The notes beneath the pieces were generated by a model. It worked only from the letters and a program-made list of their open reading frames with translations. It did not search any database and had not been told where the DNA came from. The translations under genes and the position numbers were made by a program. Positions 1 to 11,569 of a stretch of DNA of 64,000 nt are shown one piece after another; the stretch's first letter is position 1, and each line of letters starts with the position of its first letter. The stretch lies in NCBI GenBank assembly GCA_047967505.1, contig CM106538.1; one strand, given 5' to 3'. This DNA comes from Dipteris shenzhenensis (lineage: Eukaryota).

Positions 1-3000
1 GGAAAGAAATTAGATGTTCTTTGGATAAACTTGGATGGCTAAGTGTAAAGAGGGCAATGGGATGCACCACCATTAGAGCCCGAAAGCGCACAAGAGGCAA
101 GGGGGCAATGGTCAGAGAATTTTTGGGCACCCCACCAGACAAGGCCCTTGCCACGAAACCCGATTGTCAGACTCAAGAATACACCCATGATTGCAGTGCC
201 TGCATCCAACGCAGCCGATAGCACATAGTTGTAGCGCTTCCACCAGTCTTTTCGATATCGTAAAATATAGTAGTTAAAGACCATGCCCACCACAAACCAA
301 GATGTGTAGTTGATAGTTCCTGCAGCTGGCATCCAACCCACGGCCCCGAGCAACACAGGAACATTTATGAGCTTGATCCAAGGTGCAGCTCGAGGGAAGG
401 CTTTTGCTAGCAACCACACTACCATGGGACCCACTAGCCCAAAAATTAGCACCCAATACATGAGATTCTTGTAAGGGCCTTGACTTCCAAAAGTCCTATC
501 AGGACCCAACACCCCCCACACTATAGTGGTGTCATAGGCCACAACATCCCAAGGGCAAGTCCATGGACTTGATTTCTCAAGCTTTCCATCCACATTGCAC
601 ATGTGGGGTATTTCATACAACCACCATGCCGTACCGAGGTCCACTGTCCCTGCGACTATGGTACCTATCACCTGCAAGATCCTAGGTTAGCTTTGTATTG
701 GCCAGATTTATGTGTGAGTAGTAAGTTATTATACGTTAAGAAGCAAAGCAACTCACCTGGACCAAGAACATGCTCCGAGGAGGGATTTTCATATAATGTC
801 CGAGCTTGAAGTCTACCAAGAAATATATGGCCTGCTGCATGCTCATGTGTCCGAACAACTTGAGACCCTGGTTTGCGATGGGATTCCCAGGAAAGAGGTA
901 ACCCCCCACGAACTGCATCGTTACCATCAACGACGGCGTCTGCCCACCACACAGATACCCACATCTTTACCTATTCATCTAGAGTATATACACAATCAAT
1001 CAAACCAAAGCAAGAGAAACCAATTAGACCACGTACCATGTTTGTGGTCGCTGCGATCACCCCGATGGGTAGCGTAAAGGCTGCAGCTATGGCGCAGCCC
1101 ACCACAACTCCCCACCATGGAATGCCTACTTGAGCCTTGAACTGCACACAAATCACCATAACCCCCACCACGCACATCAACAAGAGCCCCATAAACCATC
1201 TGGCTGGGATATCCGGGTAGTGGCTCATCAATCGGGTATGCACATCCGGACGCCGCTTCCCCGCGTAGTGGTGCAGGGTTTCCCTGATGTTCAAAACATA
1301 AGCTTTAGAAGCGTTTCTCAAGCTAGTGAGAACCCGTTTTAACGCTGCAAATGATCCTCAGACAAGGCCTTACGCTCGACAAAGACTGATATTAGCTACT
1401 CACGTGCCGTGAAAGAAAACGAAATGAGTGATCGTAGCCAATGGAGCTGCGAACCATAAGGCGAGGCTAATTGCAAAGAAGGTACTCAAGTACAAGTCTC
1501 CTTGCGTGAGATCTCGTCGCAAAGCAGCTGTGACGTTGTATGGACCCCCGGCTGCCGTGAAGAGCCCCGACGAAATGATTGGAAAATTCTGAGCTTTGTA
1601 GGCGTTTTTCCAGTAATACGCAAGGGGTGTTACTATGTAAACTACGGCTCCAGCTCCTACCGCCATATTAACGAGGACGGACGCAGGGTACACGAGTGGG
1701 CTACCTAAGAACGACGCAACCGCAGCCCAGTCTAGTGTGAATGCCCCGATTCCGAGTCCTGTGTACCCGGAACCTATCTGTTGGGCCTTTATGGACCGCG
1801 GCCAGATCAAGCATGCCAGTGACATGCAAGTAAGGAACGGCATAAAGTAGCCCGGGAGAACGTAGTATGCAAAGCTCACGATCGTCATGATGTAGAAGCT
1901 TTGAATCCGCGACAGGCCCGATCTTGCTTTCTTTTCATCGGGTTCATGCAATGTCCTGCAGGCCATCACACCCAGATATTTACTTCCATTCGTCCAAAAC
2001 CGGGAAGCTCTCCGAAAATTGAAGGGCACCAAGACTCTTACCTGAACAGACTGACCTGAACCATAGTAGCCGGCCACCACATGTGTGCAGGATCAATCAA
2101 CTGCTTTCTCATTAAGCCGGCCCAACCATATCCAATCAGCTGCAAAATTTATCTTCAGCTAGAGTGAGCTTTGAAATGCTATCTCATGTTTGCATAAATC
2201 AGGGCGGATATAAGTACTTCTTGTAGATACTAATTACCTGGCTTGAAAGAACGAGAACGAGAGCTACAGCGAAAGTAATCCGTAAGTGGTAAAATATCTT
2301 GATAAGGTTCACCATCTCAACAGCAAAAGCCCCTCCATAACCAAATGCATTCCCTGCATTGGCGAAGATAGTGATAAGCACATGTTCCTTGACACTGAAA
2401 GGTCCTGGATTTAGAGAAAAGCTCCAATCACGATCCTTTAAGAAGGGGATCCGGACCACCGTTTTGGGAAGAGCATATGCCAAGAATTGGCCTATAGGTA
2501 GGGCTGCTAAAGTGGCCGACAGTGCGGTAATCTGCATGGGTTCACTTCGATACTGGAAGAACTGATTGACAAACGCTAGCCCAGCGCAAGAGACCAGGCC
2601 AAGAACCCACATTCGGACTGTCCATACGGGGAGGGTTGGATCATCAGTGGTCGCTACTGTCATGGCGACTTCCTCAACAGGTGAGGTGTCGTCGTCTGAA
2701 AAGGCGGTTTTTTCAGCATCGTTACTTTTTCCAAGTGGAATCATCTCGACATCTGTTGTGATGATAACCATTTGGAAGCGAAATATCCTAAGGCGTTAGT
2801 ACAGGCAACAGGATCCTAAATCTAGATGCTATCACAAGCTCTGCTCTCCTGTACTGGCATTGGAGAGCAAGAGAGATGATTCGAAATTTTTGGCACAGTA
2901 TTTTCCTTGGGCATCATAGACGATAAATATAACACAAGGAATACGAGCAGGAGGGAAACTTCCACGCATAAAAAGGATGAAAGGATCTCGAGGGTCGATA

Positions 3001-3767
3001 TATTAAGTGTACGCGCCGAGCCTGTCGAGTAAAATGGCGATGATGGCGAGGGCGAGAGGCTCAGGGTGGCTCTTCTCTCTATTTCTTTAAGGGGAGGTTT
3101 AAGAATTGCACGAAGAGAAGAAGCCACGTGGATTGCAAGGAAGGCAAGGAGAAATGAGGGCAAGGAAAGGAAGAGCTGCCACGTGGAAGGAGATGAGAGT
3201 AAGGAGAGAGGCTCCCTCCCTCCTGAATCCCCAGCTCCCTGCGCGAGCCACCAAAGAAGAGATGCATGCAAGCCTCAAAGTGCGAGCAAACGGAGTAGGC
3301 GGGTTGACTCCTCAGTCGACAGTTGTTGGCGTTCCAGCTCCAAGTGCAAAGGTCTCCAACTCTCCAAGAGCATCCCCGTTCTGTTCGAGCTCTCCAAGGA
3401 CTCTGTCGCCTCCAGGTCACTCGTATGCAATATTTTTTTGGCCATTGCACAAAAATCGATAGTGACAACCACCCTAGTCATTTCTCTAATGCAGGTGATC
3501 CACCTATTCCAGGTTAATTGGTGCTGCTCTCTCAGTAACTATCAAGAAACGACAGTCGGCACAAACAACTACATCACTCAACACTCAGCCTCTGTAAAAA
3601 ACATACCGTGTTGCTCCAAACCGTGTGCTAGGCGGTGCGTTTCTCAAAAGTGTATATGCTCAATACTCGAGCTCTCGAGCTAGTTGGATGCCTTCTTGGG
3701 GGGAGCACTACTAAGAAACCCTATGTAAAAACAACCCTCAACTAAAATTCCCCCCAATAAAAACACC
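1..3767. repeat. Left arm of long inverted duplication (pairs with 36587-40353; runs off the window start)
   Basis: Position x maps to 40354-x. The ORF track is mirrored. Mismatches seen at 216/40138, 3082/37272 and 3682/36672. Identity stops after ...CCAATAAAAACACC at 3767. Confidence 0.97.
39..2771 (-). CDS. OPT: Oligopeptide transporter (OPT family), copy 1; six exons 2771-2238, 2139-2042, 1955-1404, 1283-1037, 939-757, 671-39; 748 aa
   Basis: OPT motifs [62 protein letters not shown]. Five GT-AG introns give one open 2247-nt CDS. The intron-3 acceptor was chosen by homology; an in-frame alternative lies 39 nt upstream. Confidence 0.95.
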
Positions 3768-5429
3768 CCTATTTACTTATAAACTAAGTGATTTTTTCTT
3801 ACATTGAATTAAAACCCCCCTCATGTTATTGTAATCCTTTTTTTTTTTTTGAAAAGTTTAATTAAAATACCCCTCCTTTTGAATGCATGTGGTAACTAAG
3901 ATTTTGTGAGGTGAAACCCCTTAGGATGCCTTCTCTTACACGCTGCTCGACCTATATTTCTCCTTCCACATAGGTTAATACTTCACAACAAGACAATCTA
4001 CTGAGACGGATCACTACCTTTCTTGATACTCCAAGCCTTCCAAGAACCTCTGTACTCTAACCATGCGCTATAAGAGGACATATGTGAAGCACATACAGAT
4101 TTTGAATGTATTCTTAATGTGGGTTATGATGCCGGAGCTTCTAATTTTGCCACCAATCCCTCATCAAGATCGAGCTAGCGGTAGTAGCGGGGATTTTTTT
4201 AAGTATGTTTTTTAAAGAAAAGAACATGTTTTTCGATTTTAAAATGCTTTTGGACGATCAAATTGCAAAAAATGCATTTTTAAAAACCAATCAATAGGCA
4301 ACCCGCTGATCGACAAAATACCACTTGGTGTATCATAACACCGTGTAGTATTACGCTGTAAATATCGTACAGTAGAGTATAAGACCGCATGGTTAAAAGC
4401 ACTGCATAGTGAATATGTTTACCATGCGGTATCAAATACACCGATCGGTGTACCATTACACTGGGCAGTGTATTTGGATTACACCGGTCAGTGTAGTGCT
4501 ACACCGGTCGATGTAGTCAGTCGGGGCACGTGGTGTGCATGCAAGTTGTTAAATACACCGGCCAAAGTAGCGACATACTGTCCGATGTGTTCAGTTTGGT
4601 CTATAAAAGTTGCGGATCACGTCATTTTCATTCACTTTTACCATGATTTCCCATTGTATTCTACAGTTTTCCGTCGTCCCCTTCGGGAGAGCTTCTAGCC
4701 TTGCTTTTTTATTAGTCAATTAGGGTCAGGTGATGACTCCCTTCGATTGGCCCGAGTGACGTTCTATTAGGTAGTATCATGATCAAGGCCGGGTCAGACA
4801 GCTGGATTCACTCTACTTTGGTCTACTATCATATATTAATCATATATTGTAGATAGATGTCAATAGAGCCGGTTATTGTCCGGATGATATCTCGCTTTGG
4901 CCAACTGGATTCATCTCAACGACGCCCTTCCCAATGTGCTCAAGATGTGTGATCACATAATCACTGATCTAGATCATGCTGGTTCATTGAATCATGATTG
5001 ATGTTATATGTTTTCCTATTCATCTTTTATAGCCTATCCTCCTTCGATAAGGTCTCTTGGACCAATTACCGCTACCTACATTTTGCTTGCACCTCGATCG
5101 CTTGTATGAGCTATGCTATTGCTTATAGGGTCCATGCTATAATTATCCATTAGAAATTCATGTTAGCATGTGTGCATAGATATCAATTTTATTTCTAACG
5201 AAATTCATGTGCATAGATATCAATTTTATGCGTGTTTTGTGTTTTTGTACATATAACAATTTGATTTTTGCTTTCATCGTATCATAGTAGAGATTGTTGT
5301 GTTGATTATGTGATTTTTTCACTTTTGTTTTTGTAATGATTGTTGAGTGTTAACATAATGCATTACGATTGGGCCTTGGCATGTGAAAATTACTTAATTA
5401 CTTCTGTGTTGTTTTTTGTACGTACGTTA

Positions 5430-5458
5430 GGGGAGAATTGGGGTCTCAAAAGGGCCTC
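5430..5458 (+). mobile_element. Candidate left terminal inverted repeat (29 bp) of a DNA transposon
   Basis: (TTA)GGGGAGAATTGGGGTCTCAAAAGGGCCTC is the reverse complement of 50244-50275 with one mismatch. Confidence 0.7.
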
Positions 5459-5629
5459 ATAAGGAATGGATTAGGGAATGCTTAGTGGGCTAATGCAAGG
5501 GGCTTGGAGGGTCCCAAAGCGGCCTAACCAACCCAACCTAGGTGGGTTAAGCCCACATTTGAGCCCACCTCTGCCCCCATCAATGAGGGGAGGGGGCCAC
5601 TTTTTGAAATTTGAATTTCAAATTTCGAA

Positions 5630-6100
5630 TCTCCCTCCCTCCCTCTCTCTCTCCCCCTCCCTCCCTCTCTCTCCCTCCCTCTTCTCGCTCCTCCCTCCTT
5701 CCCTCCCTCCCTCCCTCCTCCTCCCTCTCCCTCTCCCTCTCCCTCTCCCTCCCTTCCCCTCCCCCCTCCTCTCCCCTCCTCCGTCTCGCTCCTCCTCCTC
5801 CCTCTTGCCTGTCCCCTCCTGCTCCTTCTAGCTCCTCCTACCTCCTTCCTCTTCCCTCCTTCTCCAGCTGCCCAGGCTCCCTCTCCTCTGCTCCTCCCTC
5901 TTGCAAAATCTCTCCCCTCCTCCTCCCTCCTATAGCATCTCTCCCCTCCTCCTTTTGCAGTAGCTCCTTCCTTCCCTTCTACACCTGTCGCCCTACTCTC
6001 CTCCTCCTCTCCCTCTTGCCCTCATCTGCTTCTCCTCCTCCTGCTTCCTTGCTACTCTCTCCCTCTCACTACTCCATCTTTGCCAGCCCTCTCCTATAGT
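5630..6100. repeat. C/T-rich low-complexity tract
   Basis: CCCT/CTC runs; the overlapping Pro/Ser/Leu ORFs are compositional. Confidence 0.85.
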
Positions 6101-6136
6101 TTAGCCTGCATCACTGATACCTCTCCTTGAGTACTC

Positions 6137-7175
6137 ATGGCACCATTCGAGGACATATCCAACAAGTACCATGTGAACCTACAATTGGAGGAAGAATATG
6201 CAAGCACACCAGATATGGTGGAACTCCTCAAAGTGTGCTCCACAGCCTTCGATTGTAAGGGAAGAAGCATCTTGACCTTTGGGTGGATGGAAACTTGTAT
6301 CCTTTAGACCCTGCCACCCAAAAGAGTCCTTCTTTTCATACAGTGCATGATGTTGTTCAGTTTGTTGGCAAGGGACATCCTGGATTTCTTGGTTATTACA
6401 ATCGATTGAACCATTCTCAGACATTGGCTATGCAAGCAAGCGAGGTGCAGAGAGCCCAAGCAGAAGAACTTGCACATTTGGGAAATATTACTATTGTGGC
6501 AATGCATAATAGTATGCAGGATCTCCAATTGCAAAACAAAGAACTTAGTGACAAAGCACATGCACTGGACTTGGAGTGACATGAATTGGAAGAATCAATC
6601 CAGAAGCTTGCTGAAAGAAAACAAGATTTGGAGAGGTCTATCTATGGCCAAGTTCGATGTGATGTGGAGAAGGAACGAGAGAAGTCGATAGAATGAGTAC
6701 AAAAGTTGAAGGGAACACCTTTGGGACTGAAGGAGAGGAAAAGACAATTGCAATCTATGGATGCATTATCAACCAATAGTGGTGCCCTAAAGAGGAGAAT
6801 ACGAGGTGCAAGGTTAGTTTCCCAAAATTTCTTACTCCAAAATATTTGTGGTGTTGCATTGTTTCCACTAAGACTCATTTATACTCTACTTTAGAAATTT
6901 CATGGAGGATGTGATGGGAACAATGGAGATGGATGATAGTGATCCTTCATATGTTCTAAGAAGTTTAATAAAGCCAAGTGATGCCATGGAAGTGTTGAAG
7001 GACCCGAGATAAAAAGGGCTACATGAAAAAGTTGCTAGAGAGGTAATGAAGGATTCCAAGGGCCTCATGCAAGCAAAGGAGGTGCTTGGAGCTTGTGATG
7101 CTGCTGGTGTAAGTCATGAAGCTTACAACTCTATTTTAAAAAATTTCAAGTCTGCTATGGAGGAAAAGTATAAGA
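6137..7175 (+). pseudogene. Degraded coiled-coil ORF reading inward from the TIR; probable transposon gene 5' part
   Basis: ATG at 6137 (MAPFEDISNKY). After a frameshift a heptad-like stretch continues through TGA stops (..LQNKELSDKAHALDLE*HELEESIQKLAERKQ..). A probable short intron lies near 6806-6894. Ends ..EVLGACDAAGVSHEAYNSILKNFK.. abruptly near 7175. Confidence 0.5.
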
Positions 7176-7304
7176 TATCAACACCTATTTCATTAATTTT
7201 GGACTTTTTGTGTTGTTTTTGGACGAAGCCCAAAAATCCTTCCCAAATGAAAACTTTACTTTGTGAAAATATCCTTCCCAAATCAAAATTTTACTTTCTG
7301 AAAA

Positions 7305-7600
7305 TATTCTTCCTAAATCAAAAGTTCACTTTGTGGCACTATCATATTCACATAAAAATATTGTTTTTTCAATCTGTACTTTGGCACCAACATGTAAGAA
7401 TTTGAAATAATCCTATATTAGAAATTCTAGCTATATCTAAGTTATTTGTTAATTTAATTATTTTTAATATTTTTCCTTGACGTTTTTCCTTCCCAAATCA
7501 AAAGTTCACTTTGTGGCACTATCATATTCACATAAAAATATTGTTTTTTCAATCTATACTTTTGCACCAACATGCAAGAATTTGAAATAATCCTATAATT
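7305..7600. repeat. Two-copy direct repeat, 180-bp period
   Basis: AAAGTTCACTTTGTGGCACTATCATATTCACATAAAAATATTG... begins at both 7321 and 7501. Confidence 0.9.
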
Positions 7601-7914
7601 TTTAATATTTTTCCTTGACGTTTTTCGTTGACGTGATAAATTTATAAATCCATGAAAGGAGACTTAAATATTTCATGAAAATAACATTGTCACTTGCAAT
7701 ATGCACAAAATTTTTAAAACATTTAATAAATAGAAAAAAGGCATGATGCCATAAGACCCAAGTTTTGTATTGAACCAAAGAGGTATAATAGCAATTATAG
7801 CTATTATTATATGATTACATTGAGAGACGTTGCTCTCAGCTAGAGTCTTTATATCCAAAATGATATAGATTGAACATACGTTTACAATTTAAATTGTTGC
7901 TCTTAAAGAGCCTC

Positions 7915-8330
7915 AATTTGTGCCATCTGCATAATTTGACTCCCCATTGTCTTATTGCTCAATGTCACGACAGTCCCTTGCCAGGTGCCATCTGCATAAT
8001 TTGACTCCCACTTGTCTTGCCCCCTTGGGTGCATTGACTCCCCATTGTCTTATTGCTCAATGTGATAGTCCCTTGCCAGGTGCCATCTGCATTAACTCCC
8101 TATTGTCTTGCCAAGCCTTGACCCTTAGGTGACATCCAGTGCAAAATATAGGTGCCATCTGCATTAACTCCCACAAGTTATCTTGCCAAGCCTTGCCCCT
8201 TGGGTGCATTGACTCCCCATTGTCTTATTGCTCAATGTGATAGTCCCTTGCCAGGTGCCATCTACATTAACTCCCTATTGTCTTGGAAAGCCTTGACCCT
8301 TGGGTGACATCCAGTGCATATTTTGACTCT
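7915..8330. repeat. Complex tandem repeat (~175-bp unit with subrepeats) just 3' of the transposase ORF
   Basis: GTGCCATCT(G/A)CAT occurs five times, TGACTCCCCATTGTCTTATTGCTCAATG three times, and CCCCTTGGGTGCATTG at 8021 and 8196. Confidence 0.85.
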
Positions 8331-8434
8331 CATTTGACATACGAGGTGATGACTTTGATTATAATTGTCTTGGATTGGCTCCTTGCCTAGTACCCAAATA
8401 AAATCCTTCAATGGACTTCAATACAAAGCTTTAA

Positions 8435-11400
8435 TCATGGACATTCTTCATTTGTGTTGTCTCCTTCTACTTCCTCCATGGCGAGCATCCTTAAAAATTC
8501 GTGTATATGCAAAATAGTTTGCTGTGGTATTTTTATTTTTCCTTCTACCTCATATCCCATGCGCTTCTTTGATTTCTTTGCCCTTGAATTCCAAGACACT
8601 ATGATTGTCTCCGTCGAAACTTGAGAGACCGCTTCATCATTTGGGACCCACTCCTTCATTATACAATTAGTATATAATGTGTTGTTATCCATATTCTCCT
8701 TCCTGCCCTTTGGCTCATACCATACCGCTGTAAATGTTGTAGCTCTCCCTTGGTCATCTCTTTGCACATCAACTACTTTTGCAACCCAAAACTTCACATT
8801 CTCATATTCATCATCCGATGGCCGAACCACAACAAAACAATCCACCTCTATATCTACTTGTGGCATAAACTCTCTCTTCTTCGGTCCACAATATGGACGT
8901 GGGAGTAATGATACAAATTCATTTTCAAAGACTGGAGCTGGGCGCAAATCGTTATGAACATTTGGCCAAAACATATTGCATTCTTCCTTGACATCCTTTG
9001 AGTCTCGCATTCTCTCAAGGTCCTTTATTAAATTTCGTGTCTTGTTAATTACAGTGGTAGTGTGTTCTCTCCAAATAGGCTTCGAATCAGGATATCTCCG
9101 GAGCATTTTCTCTTTGTATGTAATAAATGCTTTTAATCCTTCTATTTCACAATTAGACCTCTCATTGAATTCTTGTATAGGAGCCCATGTTGGATACCTT
9201 TCCTTGCTGGGAATTGAAGTTAAGAGACTGTAAGGTTCTTCAGGTTCCCATTTTGTATCATGAGAATACTGTTGCCATTGCATTACGGGTTTTTCATCTT
9301 TAAAAAAAAAATGAAAGTAGTGTGGATTGGTATGACCTGTCAATGCATCACCACCCGTTTGTATGAAAGGTAGAATGAAGCTCTTCCAATCATACATTCT
9401 TTCGAGCCTCTCACATACTGTACTTTCCTTACGATTACCAACTTGCCTGCCACATCTTCTTACCAAGTCATCTATTGTCTCCACAACCTTGCATTTAAGC
9501 TCCCTTGAGATTGTGCTAAAAACCTGATCGATATCCTCATGTGTATGCCCAACATACAAAAATCCACATTCCACCTCATTGAAGATTCGATGAGCAACTA
9601 GCATGGAGCAGAATGCAAACATGAGTACATTCTTATTTTCTCGCCAGCAATTATCAGCTTGTATTCTCAAAGTCGGTGGTAGGCGACCTTTTTCTACATG
9701 TACATTGCGAATTGCCTTCATAATAGATGTTACAACTTGATTGCTATCATGTAGATGCAAGGAATCAATCCATATATCTGCAAAGAACTTAATTCCATGC
9801 ACTAACACTCCACATAGATGTGTCTTTAGAAAGTGCTTTCCTTGTAATTTAGGTGGAGTGGCAACAAAATGAGGCAATGTTGTTGTATTCTGATCCATGC
9901 CATCTACAATAAGGCACATGTAGTCATCGGGATGCAAAATAGCTTGCTCCTTCCAAAATGCATATTTTTGTTTGGAATGTCGAATAAGGTCATGATGAGA
10001 TTTTCGGTGTCTTTTGTATAATTCCCTTTGATTTGGACATGTTGCACTCTCAATCGCTCGCTTTAAATCATCACAGACATTGCACTTTGACATTTTTTGC
10101 CTCCTTGGGAGAAGGTATTCATTTCTTTCGCTTCCTCTTCTTTGCCACACATGTCCTCTACATTCCTTGATGTCTGCAAGATCAATGAAGCACATACATC
10201 TTCGCTTGCAACATAGATATCCCAATGCATTTAACATGTTCTCCTCCTTCATTACTCTCTTCCTCTTTGGTTGCTTTTGTGGATCTGCCTGGATTCGCTT
10301 TCTCTTCATGCATATGTATGACCGTTTTCGTTCCTCGTGCACGTTGTTATCTATATTTATGCACTTCTTCTCCTCACATTTGTTTGTAACCAAGCATCCA
10401 TGATTGGTCGTTGCATCCTTGTCCATATCACAATCAAAGTTAAATATTGAATAATCCTCTGTTGATCTCATCCTCGTTTTTGACATACTCTTAGGACCAT
10501 TCAATGAATTCAATATTCTACGAGAGTATTGAGAACCTTGAAACTCTTCCACTCCTGAGAGAGCATCACTCATTGGGACATCTTGCATGGCTTTCACAAA
10601 TCCACAAGCTTGATTGACACCAGGTTTGTTAATATGCATGAACTCATCCACACTTGACAAGACATCGCTATTGAAACCTTTGCCCTTCTCACTATGCAAG
10701 AATTCATCCACCCCAGATAAGGCTTCGCTTCTAAAATCATTTTGTTTCTCAGAACCAATGAACTCATCCACTCCAGATAAGATGTCACTTCTATAATTGA
10801 GTCTATTGAAATCATCCACATTTGAAGTGATAGAGCCTAGCACATGGGCACGCTTTTTAGGTCCTTTGATATTGTAGTATACGTTGTCTTTATCATTGAA
10901 AACCATGTGCCTCTTTCTCATGTTTAAAAATTGCATGCTCCATCTCATATTCTTGCCTACCTCATAGTAGGGATCACATAAGGATGTTATGTTATCAACC
11001 ATACCATCATCAGTGGCTTTTAGAATCCTCATCTATGCAAATGACCATTGCTCCACTTGTTCAAATCCCAATACTTCACCTTCTGCTACAGTCTTATTTG
11101 CAAATGATCTCATTTGTAAAATGTCCCCTATAGTAAAATCCAAGGTGGTGCACTTTGTATTCTTGATAACGTCTGTTGCATAAGTCTCATCTTTGTCCCA
11201 TGCTATAAATGATTTGTTGGATGTATTGTAGGGCATAACATCTCCAAGTGTTTCCATATCTCCACATTTATACTTTCGCTCAACATGTGCACTAAGAATC
11301 TTTGATACAGTAACTGCCACCTTATCTTCGCTAAGTCTTCGAAAGTGGCAAACTGAATTGGGATCACTATCATGGATTGTAGCAAATGCAACTACTTCTC

Positions 11401-11478
11401 TTTTGCTACATAAAATCACATCCATCCCTGGAACAAAATCTATAGCCATCTCCTTTGTGAGAGTCCTTCGCAAGCAAG
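8435..11478 (-). pseudogene. Large DDD-type (RNase H-like) DNA transposase, Sola-like; single in-frame TAG at 11035-11033
   Basis: ORFs 11473-11033 and 11032-8435 are in the same frame. Motifs CLIVDGMDQ, LRIQADNCWRENKN and FLYVGHTHEDIDQVFS (three acidic catalytic candidates). Cys/His clusters CCKRRC and KCNVC..H. A splice acceptor precedes 11478. The superfamily assignment is from recalled motifs, not a search. Confidence 0.75.
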
Positions 11479-11569
11479 CTGCAGTAGCAACAATTACATA
11501 AATATTAGTCTCTTTTTAATAATCTACTCATTTATTATAATTTTAATTAGTACCTAATTTATTGGTGGG

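Noticed and set aside
2822-3683. 100-220-aa ORFs upstream of OPT (and mirrors at 36626-37532)
   Set aside because: Overlapping on both strands with no recognisable motifs; their duplication only reflects the inverted repeat.
4170-4700. ACACCG/GTGTA-rich segment resembling transposon subterminal repeats
   Set aside because: No terminus, partner end or TSD could be identified.
5478-6099. Pro/Ser/Leu-rich ORFs
   Set aside because: Artefacts of the CT-rich low-complexity tract.
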